DNA of 64,000 bases from an uncultured virus (IMG/VR IMGVR_UViG_3300024346_006890) (lineage: Duplodnaviria; Heunggongvirae; Uroviricota; Caudoviricetes): the IMG/VR virus record IMGVR_UViG_3300024346_006890. The stretch is one strand, 5' to 3'. This document shows, one piece after another, positions 1 through 8,955 of the stretch. Numbering within the stretch: the stretch's first letter is position 1; every line of letters starts with the position of its first letter. The position numbers and the translations under genes were made by a program. Below the pieces are notes generated by a model. The model saw only the letters and a program-made list of their open reading frames with translations, did no database searches and was not told the origin of the DNA.

Positions 1-1
1 A

Positions 2-718
2 CATGATGTTATCAAGGGTATCGCTCACTCCTATGTGAAGTTTGACAAGACTGAAACAGATCATGTCATCGCACAATGGGACGCTCTGCCAAACTATGTT
101 GGTGATGCTAGCATCCTACCAATCGTTGACGTTTCGGGTTCTATGACTTGCTCAGCAGGTAAGAACACTGGCGTTCGTTGTTTGGACGTGGCAGTTGGTC
201 TAGGCCTGTACCTAGCAGACAAGAACAAGGGTGCGTTCAAGGACACATTCTTAACTTTCTCTAGCAAGCCAGAACTTGTTACTCTAAAGGGTAACATTGT
301 TCAAAAGGTAGACCAAATGTCTAAGAGCAACTGGGACATGAGCACTGACCTACATGCGGCTATGAACAAGATTCTATCCGTTGCGGTTAAGAACTCTGTA
401 CCAGAAAGCGACATGCCAAAGATGTTGCTGATCTTGTCAGACATGCAGTTTAACCAATGCGCTCGTTTCGACGATAGTGCAATGCAAATGATCGAACGCA
501 AGTTCGCAGATGCAGGTTACACTGTACCACAAATTGTGTTCTGGAACCTAAACGCAAGTGACAACGTTCCAGTTAAGGCTGACAAGTCGGGTGCGGCTTT
601 GGTAAGTGGATTTAGTCCAAGCATCATGACAGCTTTGCTGTCCGCTGATCTGGATCAGTTCACTCCAGAAGGTATCATGATGAAGACCGTAATGGTTCCT
701 CGTTATGACCTTAGCTAA
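2..718 (+). CDS. DUF2828-type vWA-domain protein (Ro60/TROVE-related), 5'-truncated
   Basis: Frame is open from the window edge. MIDAS motif DVSGSM, plus LSDMQF, IVFWNL and LVSGFSP, typical of DUF2828 C-terminal vWA domains. Confidence 0.8.
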   Translation, partial: HDVIKGIAHSYVKFDKTETDHVIAQWDALPNYVGDASILPIVDVSGSMTCSAGKNTGVRCLDVAVGLGLYLADKNKGAFKDTFLTFSSKPELVTLKGNIVQKVDQMSKSNWDMSTDLHAAMNKILSVAVKNSVPESDMPKMLLILSDMQFNQCARFDDSAMQMIERKFADAGYTVPQIVFWNLNASDNVPVKADKSGAALVSGFSPSIMTALLSADLDQFTPEGIMMKTVMVPRYDLS

Positions 719-735
719 AAAGTATTAACTTTTAG

Positions 736-761
736 ATAGCACCTTCGGGTGCTATTTTTTT
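736..761 (+). terminator. Rho-independent terminator
   Basis: ATAGCACC-TTCG-GGTGCTAT followed by a T run; cUUCGg tetraloop. Confidence 0.9.
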
Positions 762-764
762 AAC

Positions 765-793
765 TTGACATAGCCAAAATATAATGTTATAAT
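765..793 (+). promoter_or_regulatory. Consensus sigma70 promoter (phage early type)
   Basis: TTGACA(765-770)-N17-TATAAT(788-793) with extended TGn. Confidence 0.9.
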
Positions 794-802
794 GCAGTTA
801 AG

Positions 803-994
803 ATGTATAAAGTAATAGGTAAAGAAGAAACTTTCAAAGTTCTTACACTTGCAGAAGCAATGAACCTTGCCAAGCACATGAATGAATTCGTAAGAATCGT
901 TGGTAAGGATTTTGAAATCGTAGGTAAGTTTGGCGTTGATGAAGTGACCGATCCCAACTACGACGGTTGGATATCAAGAAAACAAGGAGTATAA
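803..994 (+). CDS. Hypothetical phage protein (probably near-leaderless)
   Basis: 63-aa ORF starting 9 nt after the -10 box. Confidence 0.7.
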   Translation: MYKVIGKEETFKVLTLAEAMNLAKHMNEFVRIVGKDFEIVGKFGVDEVTDPNYDGWISRKQGV

Positions 995-995
995 A

Positions 996-1520
996 ATGCC
1001 ATGGATCCAAAACGTATCGATTAGCGATATCAAAAGTGCTCGCCATTTTGAAGCGGGCGAAAACTCTATGCTGATCCAGATCGTTGATCCGGCATACGAG
1101 TTTCCTAGACCTATGAAGCAGTTTAAGGAAGTTTATCAGTTCGAGTTCCTAGACATTGAAGAAGCACACGAGTTCGCCGTCACACAAGAGCAAGCAGATC
1201 GTTTGGTTCAACTATTACAACACGCATTGGAGAACCGTATGCACGTTGTGGTTCACTGTCATGCCGGTGTCTGCCGCTCGGGCGCTGTCTGCGAAGTAGG
1301 TGTTATGATGGGCTTCAACGACACAGAAGTGTTCCGATCGCCTAACCTACTAGTCAAGCACAAGATGATGAAGGCCTTAGGATGGACCTATGACGAGCAG
1401 GAGCCTCACACTATTAATGGGGTTGCTGTTCCAGAAGATTGGACTAACGACAACGAAAAGGTCTTTACACTTGCTGATGCTCGTCGCAAGTATAGATTTG
1501 AACATGGGGATGAACATTGA
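996..1520 (+). CDS. Cys-based protein tyrosine/dual-specificity phosphatase-like protein
   Basis: CX5R loop VHCHAGVCRS; AGGAG Shine-Dalgarno upstream. Confidence 0.8.
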   Translation: MPWIQNVSISDIKSARHFEAGENSMLIQIVDPAYEFPRPMKQFKEVYQFEFLDIEEAHEFAVTQEQADRLVQLLQHALENRMHVVVHCHAGVCRSGAVCEVGVMMGFNDTEVFRSPNLLVKHKMMKALGWTYDEQEPHTINGVAVPEDWTNDNEKVFTLADARRKYRFEHGDEH

Positions 1521-1670
1521 ATGAGAAACTTATGCATTTCCGAAATCCTAAGGTTGATGCAGTTAACTCCTGTAGTTTACAATTTAAAACCTTGGGATCA
1601 ATGGAGCAATCGAGAGCTGTTAGAGTTCTATGGTAATCTCCGTATTGAAATTGAAACAGAAGAATATTAA
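1521..1670 (+). CDS. Small hypothetical protein (49 aa; not in ORF track)
   Basis: Manual translation MRNLCISEILRLMQ...EIETEEY exactly fills the gap between its neighbours. Confidence 0.6.
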   Translation: MRNLCISEILRLMQLTPVVYNLKPWDQWSNRELLEFYGNLRIEIETEEY

Positions 1671-1671
1671 A

Positions 1672-1971
1672 ATGAACGAACGAATTAAAGAACTTGCCCA
1701 CAAGGCTGAGTTTATCGATAAAAGACCTAAAAGACACAATGGTAATGAATGGCGTTGGGGATATATTGACCCTGAACTTTCAGACAAGTTGGAAAAGTTC
1801 GCCGAGTTGATTGTTAGGGAATGTATAAAAGAATCAATGGATGAAATTGTGCCTGACCAAGACATTGCAGAGACCAGCGATCCACTTGCCCGTGAATATC
1901 TCAAGGGCAATAATCAAGGCATTGTAGATGCTGTTGTCAGATTTAGAAATCATTTCGGAGTTGAAGAATGA
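1672..1971 (+). CDS. Hypothetical phage protein (MNERIKELA...EKFAELIVREC...HFGVEE family)
   Basis: Start moved to ATG 1672, just after the upstream stop; paralogous motifs shared with 2431-2649. Confidence 0.75.
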   Translation: MNERIKELAHKAEFIDKRPKRHNGNEWRWGYIDPELSDKLEKFAELIVRECIKESMDEIVPDQDIAETSDPLAREYLKGNNQGIVDAVVRFRNHFGVEE

Positions 1972-2279
1972 TTGATTATCACGAAGCCGTTAGAGAAATG
2001 CACAAGGGTAATGTTGTCAAGTATGTTGGCACTGTTAATGGCAATGTCATGAGCGACAATGGTGCCAGTTTCTGTATGTGCCGTGGTTGTATTTTCTTGT
2101 TTGATGACGGGGTGATCAAATGGAACAAGCTGGGCTATATGGTTTATGATCCAGACTTCCGTTATGAATTGACTGGAGAAACAATTGACCCGAGAGCATG
2201 GAAACCAGAAAAGAATCGAGACCGTAAAGAGACTAAGAGTAAGTTGGGTTATAGTCGTATAGGATTGGGGAATGTATGA
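1968..2279 (+). CDS. Hypothetical phage protein
   Basis: ATGA overlap with the upstream gene; GGAG SD lies inside the junction repeat. Confidence 0.7.
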   Translation: MIDYHEAVREMHKGNVVKYVGTVNGNVMSDNGASFCMCRGCIFLFDDGVIKWNKLGYMVYDPDFRYELTGETIDPRAWKPEKNRDRKETKSKLGYSRIGLGNV

Positions 2280-2434
2280 GTAATCTTTGGTTTAATATTA
2301 GATTTGGTGTAAGGCATTTTCAGTTTTCACGAGACTGGGAAATCTCATTCCGTGTGAATCCTTACTTTATTGAAAACCCTCCTACCAAGTGGTTTGAAGT
2401 TTATTGTTTATTCGGAAAGCAGGTAGGACTATGA
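2276..2434 (+). CDS. Small hypothetical protein (52 aa; not in ORF track)
   Basis: MSNLWFNIRFGVRHFQF...KQVGL; ATGA overlaps at both ends. Confidence 0.7.
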   Translation: MSNLWFNIRFGVRHFQFSRDWEISFRVNPYFIENPPTKWFEVYCLFGKQVGL

Positions 2435-2649
2435 ATAAGATACCAATGTTAGAACGGTTTGCCGCACAAAGTCTTGTGGAGTATGATGGAGAACTAATCT
2501 TCAGTAAAGAAAAGTTCGCCGAGTTGATTGTTCGGGAATGTGCTAGAGTTATTGATCGTGGCGATGGTGAAATGTCAAGTATGGCTGAAACCATTTGGTG
2601 CAATGTGTGTAGAGACGATATTTTAAAACATTTCGGAGTTGAAGAATGA
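2431..2649 (+). CDS. Hypothetical phage protein (EKFAELIVREC...HFGVEE family)
   Basis: Start moved to ATG 2431 (ATGA overlap); paralogue of 1672-1971. Confidence 0.75.
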   Translation: MNKIPMLERFAAQSLVEYDGELIFSKEKFAELIVRECARVIDRGDGEMSSMAETIWCNVCRDDILKHFGVEE

Positions 2650-2831
2650 TTCAATACCCAGCAGATAGCAAACCACACATTAAATGGCATCATGTTGATG
2701 GACCATTGTTGATTTGCCGTGACGGAACACCACACTGGATTACTAAGACAGAACTACTTTGGTTGAGAATGGGATTTATGAACATCAACACACTGGATGA
2801 AAAGTATTGTAAAGAAGATCAAAAGGGTTGA
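2646..2831 (+). CDS. Hypothetical phage protein
   Basis: ATGA-coupled ORF with GGAG SD. Confidence 0.65.
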   Translation: MIQYPADSKPHIKWHHVDGPLLICRDGTPHWITKTELLWLRMGFMNINTLDEKYCKEDQKG

Positions 2832-2834
2832 AGA

Positions 2835-3164
2835 ATGAAACTACGTGAACTGAAAGCATTGGTTGATCGTGCTGTTGAAACTTCACAAGACTATGAAGAC
2901 CATGAAGTTGTAATCGCTGTCAAGTTGCCATATGCTACTGTTGGTGCTATTCCTATGGTCGCTGTAAAATCTGTGAATAAAGGTTTTGATTGGGAGAACG
3001 GTAAGTTTATTCTTACACCTGAAGAAAATCTAACACCTGCTGATCGTGACTTTGCAGAAACTATGAAGAAGTTGCAAGACAAGGTGGGCTGGGCAGAATA
3101 TGAGAACCGTAATCTCAAAGCAGAAATTAAACGATTGAAAAAGCAGCTCGGAGTTGAAGAATGA
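2835..3164 (+). CDS. Hypothetical phage protein with C-terminal coiled coil
   Basis: 109-aa ORF ending in the junction-repeat peptide LGVEE. Confidence 0.7.
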   Translation: MKLRELKALVDRAVETSQDYEDHEVVIAVKLPYATVGAIPMVAVKSVNKGFDWENGKFILTPEENLTPADRDFAETMKKLQDKVGWAEYENRNLKAEIKRLKKQLGVEE

Positions 3165-3355
3165 TGTATTTGCATAAAGATGATTTAAAAAAGATGTTAG
3201 AAGTTTTGGAAAGTTTCCCCAACATCGAAGTACTCAAAGTTGATCAGGACACTAGTTCTGGCATTGGTGCTGTTACTACTGTATCTTTTGATACTGTGGT
3301 TAACGACTGGAACAGTCAAGTTACCATTGAAATCTCCGGAGTAGAAAACTGGTAA
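3161..3355 (+). CDS. Hypothetical phage protein
   Basis: ATGA-coupled ORF. Confidence 0.7.
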   Translation: MMYLHKDDLKKMLEVLESFPNIEVLKVDQDTSSGIGAVTTVSFDTVVNDWNSQVTIEISGVENW

Positions 3356-3376
3356 AAACTGTGGCTTTTTAGCCAC

Positions 3377-3405
3377 TTGACAGTTTGGCTTCTTGAGACT
3401 ATAAT
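3377..3405 (+). promoter_or_regulatory. Consensus sigma70 promoter
   Basis: TTGACA-N17-TATAAT, directly preceded by the palindrome GTGGCT-TTTT-AGCCAC (3361-3376). Confidence 0.9.
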
Positions 3406-3430
3406 AGTATTTTAAAGAAAGGAGCATGAT

Positions 3431-3619
3431 ATGGGTTATAATACCAAATATTTTGACCATGAAGCCCATTATGCTTCTAAGTCAACAAAGGAGCTCGAAG
3501 CCCTGTTAAAAAAGGCTACCGAGTTTGTAGGAAAATATCCCCAGTTTGAATTCAGTTGGCACAACGAATATCGCCAAATGTTGAAACTGAGGATAGCAGA
3601 AAGAATAGGAAGGAAGTAA
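3431..3619 (+). CDS. Hypothetical phage protein
   Basis: AAGGAG SD; lies downstream of the promoter. Confidence 0.7.
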   Translation: MGYNTKYFDHEAHYASKSTKELEALLKKATEFVGKYPQFEFSWHNEYRQMLKLRIAERIGRK

Positions 3620-3620
3620 G

Positions 3621-4226
3621 ATGCCTAGTGTATTTTTAGTTAGCGACACGCACTTTGGTCATGCCGGTGTCTGCCGCTTCACTCGTAACGATGGTGTTAC
3701 GAAGTTACGTCCTTGGACTGATCCTCAGGAAATGGACGAAGCAATGATCAAGGCGTGGAACGAGCGAGTCAAGCCCACTGACAAGGTCTACCACTTAGGT
3801 GACGTTGTTATTAACCGCAAGGCTATGAGCACGTTGGCTCGTTTGAACGGTGACAAGGTCTTGATCCGTGGCAACCACGATATCTTCCGCGACGACGAGT
3901 ACAGGCAGTACTTTAGAGAGTTACGAGCATACCACGTTATGAACGGAATGATCTTAAGCCACATTCCTGTACACAGCGATAGCTTGGGCCGTTTTGGTGT
4001 TAACATCCACGGGCACTTACATGCGAATCGTGTAAAGAAGCCTAGAGGTGTTGATGCACGTACAGGAGAAATCTTGTACAGCGATGAAAACGATCCTCGT
4101 TACCATTGTGTCTGTGTGGAGCAGACTCCGGACTTTGCTCCAATGTTGTTTGAAGATGTAATCAAGCGCATCGAAGCAGAAGGCGGTGTTGTCGGATTTA
4201 AGAGCGGCAACGGTCCTACAATGTAA
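3621..4226 (+). CDS. Calcineurin-like metallophosphoesterase
   Basis: SDTHFGH, HLGDV, RGNHD, SH and HGHLH motifs. Confidence 0.9.
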   Translation: MPSVFLVSDTHFGHAGVCRFTRNDGVTKLRPWTDPQEMDEAMIKAWNERVKPTDKVYHLGDVVINRKAMSTLARLNGDKVLIRGNHDIFRDDEYRQYFRELRAYHVMNGMILSHIPVHSDSLGRFGVNIHGHLHANRVKKPRGVDARTGEILYSDENDPRYHCVCVEQTPDFAPMLFEDVIKRIEAEGGVVGFKSGNGPTM

Positions 4227-4235
4227 GGAGATTAT

Positions 4236-4700
4236 ATGCCAAAATGTTATCAACTTATAGGAGTCCCAGGTAGTGGAAAAACTACCTGGGCAGAGTCTCA
4301 AGATTGGGCTCATCTTTGTGTACATATTAGTACAGATAATTGGATTGAAGTGTTTGCTAAAGAGTTAGGTAAAACATACAGTGAGATTTTTAATGACTTT
4401 ATGCCGGCTGCGGTTAAAGCTATGGCTGCACAAGTTGAACTAGCTGCCGCATCCGGTAGGGATGTTATATGGGATCAGACTAGTACAACTGTTGCCAGTA
4501 GAAAACGTAAGTTTGACATGTTGCCCGACTATGAGCATATTGCTGTAGTATTTCAGACTCCGTCTAGAATCGAATTAAAGAAACGGTTAGACAGTCGACC
4601 TGGTAAGACTATTCCAGACTCAGTGTTAGAAGGCATGCTAGCAAGTTTCCAAATACCAACTGAAGAAGAAGGATTCAGCCAAGTTTGGTATGCGCATTAA
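4236..4700 (+). CDS. P-loop kinase (AAA_33 / polynucleotide-kinase-like)
   Basis: Walker A GVPGSGKTT, ISTD, WDQTST and R...R lid. Confidence 0.85.
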   Translation: MPKCYQLIGVPGSGKTTWAESQDWAHLCVHISTDNWIEVFAKELGKTYSEIFNDFMPAAVKAMAAQVELAAASGRDVIWDQTSTTVASRKRKFDMLPDYEHIAVVFQTPSRIELKKRLDSRPGKTIPDSVLEGMLASFQIPTEEEGFSQVWYAH

Positions 4701-4724
4701 AGGACCTTCGGGTCCTTTTTTTTT
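4699..4724 (+). terminator. Rho-independent terminator (left border of island)
   Basis: AAAGGACC-TTCG-GGTCCTTT plus T run. Confidence 0.9.
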
Positions 4725-4752
4725 GCCTAAAGAATTTGTCTGTAAATACAAT

Positions 4753-5625
4753 ATGCAAAATCAATCTCATAAATATTTTAAAATAAGCGATTTAAATATC
4801 CCCCACTTCGACTATGAGGAATATGGGATAAACGGAGTAGGTAACAAGTGTCTTCCTATAATCTCCATGGACAAGTATATTGATCATTCTCTCGATGATA
4901 CTCTCCATATAGAATGTTGTAAAGGTCTTGCAATTTCTAACAATTATAAAATGGGTATGGTATACGGTGCAATGCCTCCAGAAGAGTCTGTTAGATTCGA
5001 CGGAAAAAATTGTTGGACTGTTATGCTAAATCAACTTGAACAGTACGATCCTACAGGAAAACATAGAGTAGCAATTGAAGAGATTATCAATACAGTTACC
5101 AAAGAAGATAGGATAACTGCGGTTTACAAATATTGCTACTTTGCATTAGGATCTGTCATTCCATGGTTTTATGCACTATACCTAAAAAAGAGTAACTTTT
5201 TTGATAAGACTAAAGATACAGGCGTGTTGACCGAAGATGCAAAACTTTTTCCTAATTTATTAGAATACTTAGAAACTTTACCTTTTAAAACAATTGGGCG
5301 TGTGCTATTTTTTACCACGTATCCAAATGCAGGAGTTGCAACACATAGAGATAGTATTGTAGCCGAACACAAAGATCATAATATTAATCTTTTCTTTTCA
5401 GGCGGGTGGCGTCCTAGTTACATCTGGGATGAAATAACAAAGGAAAAAGTATATTTAGAACAGAATGCTAGAAGTTATTTTTTTAACAATAGAGATTATC
5501 ATGGTGTTGACCCCGAACCTATTTTTAGATATACGCTAAGAGTCGATGGTACTTTTACAGACGACCTAACAGAAGAATTAGGTCTAGAAGATGGTCATAC
5601 TTGGAAATGGTCTTACAAGAAATGA
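4753..5625 (+). CDS. Putative Fe(II)/2OG-type (HxD...H) oxygenase
   Basis: ATHRD...NNRDYHGV...RYTLRVDG. Start moved to ATG 4753 because the longer ORF runs through the terminator. Confidence 0.65.
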   Translation: MQNQSHKYFKISDLNIPHFDYEEYGINGVGNKCLPIISMDKYIDHSLDDTLHIECCKGLAISNNYKMGMVYGAMPPEESVRFDGKNCWTVMLNQLEQYDPTGKHRVAIEEIINTVTKEDRITAVYKYCYFALGSVIPWFYALYLKKSNFFDKTKDTGVLTEDAKLFPNLLEYLETLPFKTIGRVLFFTTYPNAGVATHRDSIVAEHKDHNINLFFSGGWRPSYIWDEITKEKVYLEQNARSYFFNNRDYHGVDPEPIFRYTLRVDGTFTDDLTEELGLEDGHTWKWSYKK

Positions 5626-6408
5626 TTACTTTCTAATTAGACAAATTATCCAGTAGGTAAAATCAAGTTCCCACCAATGGCGTCCACCGTAGTTAGGATT
5701 TTTAGGATCACCGTGGTGATTATTATGCCAGCACTCTCCTAGTATTAATGGAAATAGCCAAGGACTGTTAACACTGTTGTCGCCTGTGTTATAGTTCTGG
5801 TATCCCATCCATCTTATATGATTTAAACTAGTCTGTATAGAATACGAGTGGGTAGTAATCAATGCCGGCAATACTAGCAAATATAAGAATAAATTAATGT
5901 CAATGACTGCTAATACAGCGTAAGAAATCCAAATAATTTTTTTATAGTGTTCGTGTAAAAATACACAGTAGGGATCTCTAAGTAAATCAACAGCTGACCT
6001 AGCGTTTACATGCGGTGTTTTAAACATCCATCCCATATAGCTGTGCCAAAATCCATGCACTGGGCTGTGGGGATCACCGTCTTTATCACTGAATCTATGA
6101 TGATATCCTCTGTGTAGTGTTACCCAAGTAATAGGGCTACCCTGAACTGCTAATACACCAAAATATAGTACAATCTTTCTAACTAGCGGGTGCGTTTCGT
6201 ATCCCCTATGCGTGAGCATCCTGTGAAATCCTGCACTAATGCCTGTTGTTTTTAATGCAACATATCCAATAATTGTAGAGATCCACCACCAGTCAGGAGC
6301 TAGACCTGAAAATAAATTATACAGTGCCCACGCACCGACAATGTGTAACGGGATAAGTCCACCCCAAAGATGTGACTGTTTAAATATATTAAGGAATGAT
6401 TCTTTCAT
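5626..6408 (-). CDS. Membrane fatty-acid desaturase (delta-9/OLE1-like)
   Basis: His boxes HRMLTH, HRGYHH, HNNHH; DGDPHSP; GECWHNNHH; transmembrane segments. Confidence 0.9.
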   Translation of the reverse strand: MKESFLNIFKQSHLWGGLIPLHIVGAWALYNLFSGLAPDWWWISTIIGYVALKTTGISAGFHRMLTHRGYETHPLVRKIVLYFGVLAVQGSPITWVTLHRGYHHRFSDKDGDPHSPVHGFWHSYMGWMFKTPHVNARSAVDLLRDPYCVFLHEHYKKIIWISYAVLAVIDINLFLYLLVLPALITTHSYSIQTSLNHIRWMGYQNYNTGDNSVNSPWLFPLILGECWHNNHHGDPKNPNYGGRHWWELDFTYWIICLIRK

Positions 6409-6919
6409 ATTCTGCAACGTACTGTAGAATATTATTTACCGTATGCTGCCCTAACGGTTTGAATTTCCTATAAATGTCTGGCCAGGGTAAAAGACTAGAA
6501 GATCGACTAGATCTAATCCTAACAATAGCATCGTACATCATTTTATTGTAGTCATTAAACGTAATCCATGTGTGTGCATAGTTTTTAGTTTCTTCGATAA
6601 TCTTAGGAAGAATATGTTGTCCCATTATATAAGTTGTTCTAAATTTTTTAGGAACATACGCTCTTACTAGGGCTAGTGCAGTAGTATCATTTAATTGATT
6701 CCATCCTGCACTGCCTGCATACTCACCTTGTTCTGATATCATTACATAGTAATTCCCAACTGTGAACCTTCCTTTAGAAATTATCCTAAAAAGATTTCCT
6801 AGGGAAGACTCATAATCTGGGTGATAGTTTTCTAGTAGATATGCTTCGTCTATATCTTTAAGACTAGTTCTTAAAAATTCTACTATCTCTGGATTATCTT
6901 TGATAGAAACTACTTGCAT
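6389..6919 (-). CDS. Putative GNAT-fold protein
   Basis: Pattern YYVMI...YAGSAGW...ALVRAYVPKKFRT resembles GNAT motif A; TAATG-coupled to the upstream gene. Confidence 0.5.
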   Translation of the reverse strand: MQVVSIKDNPEIVEFLRTSLKDIDEAYLLENYHPDYESSLGNLFRIISKGRFTVGNYYVMISEQGEYAGSAGWNQLNDTTALALVRAYVPKKFRTTYIMGQHILPKIIEETKNYAHTWITFNDYNKMMYDAIVRIRSSRSSSLLPWPDIYRKFKPLGQHTVNNILQYVAEYERIIP

Positions 6920-8205
6920 TACCAATCTATTTGATACTTAGACATGTTATGTTTAATGTATTCGATTACACTGGGATCATTCATAGTTAGAACTTTATAA
7001 TCCTTGTCTACACCAAACCTAGCATTTGGAACCTGATCCTTGGATAACTTAGATACATCTTGATGAAGAACGACCGTTGCCCCTAATGATCCAATCTTTA
7101 ACTTAAAGTGAAAGTACCAGTCATTTTTATCTAGATCATAGATATATCTTCTAGCTGCCATCTTGTATGTTGACGCACCTATTAACTGGATCTTTTCACC
7201 GTTATTGTTGTTAACCATGCTCCAGCGTTGATAGTCGTCAGTGTTAAACCAGTTTATAACCCAATCGTTAATTGCTTCACCTACATCCACTCGGTCATTT
7301 AGGTATATAGAACATCTAAAGGCACAGTTTACATACTTTAAATTAAAAATTAACCACCACCAGAAGTCGTGTAAGCTGTACACCGGTACTGAACTAGTTT
7401 CTATATTCTTAACCATCTTATTATACCATTGTTCTGGAAAATTAGGGTTATGAACGGGCTCGAAGTCGTAAAGCCAGTTCTTAGTAAATTTTGGTATTGC
7501 AAAGTGTTTAAGAATAATGTCTTTATATTCAGAATAGTGTGTAGTGTCGAATTTATCTTTTATAGACATCAACCTTGCTCGAGATTCGGCAGAAACCATG
7601 GATGCATAAAAATCATAATGTTGATAAAATGATAGCCCGAATACTGTACCAAAAATACAGTCACCTTCGTCTGCTGTTATTGGTCGGTATCCTTGTTCAA
7701 TTAGATCGTCGTACTTGATAGTCATCGAGTCGATAATCTTAAAATTACCCCAAATAAACTTTTTCCAGAGTGTTGGATTTTCTATAATAGAGTGCTTACT
7801 AGCACAGATAACGATATTGGCTAATTCTTCTTTATTTAGATTTTTAATTAAAGCAGTTATAGCTAATGTACTGTCGATACCGCCACTATACATAAGAGCA
7901 AATTTGTGTCCTTGATGTATTAATTCTTTAATTTCATTTGCTCTAGCATCAGTTATCTCGTCGAAATGTTTGTTAAATGCAGGATCATACGATGGCATTT
8001 TAAATTTGTCGGGAACTGTTTGATTCCATGGTAATGACCATTCACCGTCGCGAGGAATAAATCTGTTAGGATTATATCTTAGAGAAAGGTCAATCATAAA
8101 TTGGCCACCGGGAGCTGATTCTTTTCTAACTTCTTGCCAAAAATTTTGTGAATATTTGTTATTAGCAACAGTACTGAATAAAATTTCCGAGTCTACATTT
8201 AACAT
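6919..8205 (-). CDS. PP-loop ATP pyrophosphatase (asparagine-synthetase-C-like)
   Basis: ALMYSGGIDS; ITADEGDCIFG resembles AsnB SGEGADELFG. Confidence 0.75.
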   Translation of the reverse strand: MLNVDSEILFSTVANNKYSQNFWQEVRKESAPGGQFMIDLSLRYNPNRFIPRDGEWSLPWNQTVPDKFKMPSYDPAFNKHFDEITDARANEIKELIHQGHKFALMYSGGIDSTLAITALIKNLNKEELANIVICASKHSIIENPTLWKKFIWGNFKIIDSMTIKYDDLIEQGYRPITADEGDCIFGTVFGLSFYQHYDFYASMVSAESRARLMSIKDKFDTTHYSEYKDIILKHFAIPKFTKNWLYDFEPVHNPNFPEQWYNKMVKNIETSSVPVYSLHDFWWWLIFNLKYVNCAFRCSIYLNDRVDVGEAINDWVINWFNTDDYQRWSMVNNNNGEKIQLIGASTYKMAARRYIYDLDKNDWYFHFKLKIGSLGATVVLHQDVSKLSKDQVPNARFGVDKDYKVLTMNDPSVIEYIKHNMSKYQIDW

Positions 8206-8954
8206 TATACCACCCATACCGTAACATTGTCTGCAATTTCTTTTAAGCTAATACCCATTTCCGGAACAGGCATTTCTAAACAATCGTAAAACATTTCTCT
8301 AAAACCCGATATATCATTTTTGGAATAAGTCTGCCACGCGATGCGTATTTCTTCTAATGCTTCTTCAACACTATTAGCATGATACAGAACATTTTTTATT
8401 ACATGTACCATACCTGAAGGTGCAACAGTAGAGTCGAAACATTCTTGTAATTCCATTGGACTACAGTCGCTTAGATAGTCGTGCAGATATTTGGACTCTG
8501 GAAAGATATTTCTATATGAATCTGAAATAGTAATTGCATGTAAACATTTAAGGACGAATAATGCATACTCTTGCATTTTTAAAATCATTTCTTTTCTAGT
8601 ACCTGTAGCAAATTCAGTAGGCCATCCTTTGTCTACAACTTCTGAATTGAAATTAGTCATGCAAGCAGGTTGTTTAACAGATGACATTAATGAAGATCCG
8701 TAAGTATTCTCCCCTTTTTTATGAACAGTGCCAAACATTAAACAATTCTCGTTAGTCATGTCTGTTACAGTATTCTCATTTAAGATATAACAAACTAGAA
8801 TAATCTTAGACGATAATAACTTAGCAGTTTCAAACATAATCCACGGGTCTAAATTATCCACAATAAGGAATCTATCTAGGGGTGGTGAAAACAAAACATA
8901 ATGATTTTTTGAATTCGTACTTGCAGGGTAATACCTTTTAATTTTTTTATTCAT
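8205..8954 (-). CDS. Hypothetical protein, translationally coupled to the PP-loop gene
   Basis: 249-aa ORF in the operon; TAATG overlap. Confidence 0.7.
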   Translation of the reverse strand: MNKKIKRYYPASTNSKNHYVLFSPPLDRFLIVDNLDPWIMFETAKLLSSKIILVCYILNENTVTDMTNENCLMFGTVHKKGENTYGSSLMSSVKQPACMTNFNSEVVDKGWPTEFATGTRKEMILKMQEYALFVLKCLHAITISDSYRNIFPESKYLHDYLSDCSPMELQECFDSTVAPSGMVHVIKNVLYHANSVEEALEEIRIAWQTYSKNDISGFREMFYDCLEMPVPEMGISLKEIADNVTVWVV

Positions 8955-8955
8955 T

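Larger units (their letters stand above)
1792..3165 (+). repeat. Dispersed direct repeats at gene junctions
   Basis: CATTTCGGAGTTGAAGAATGATT is identical at 1951-1973 and 2629-2651, with partial copies at 3148-3165 and 2827-2838. A 33-bp repeat with 1 mismatch lies at 1792-1824 and 2509-2541. Confidence 0.9.

Noticed and set aside
1792..3165. Junction repeats as a CRISPR array or attC sites
   Set aside because: Spacing is irregular (hundreds of bp), the repeats are protein-coding and not palindromic, and no cas or integrase gene is present.
4690..4752. N-terminal extension of ORF 4690-5625
   Set aside because: It runs through the terminator hairpin and T-tract; ATG 4753 after TAAATA is more plausible.
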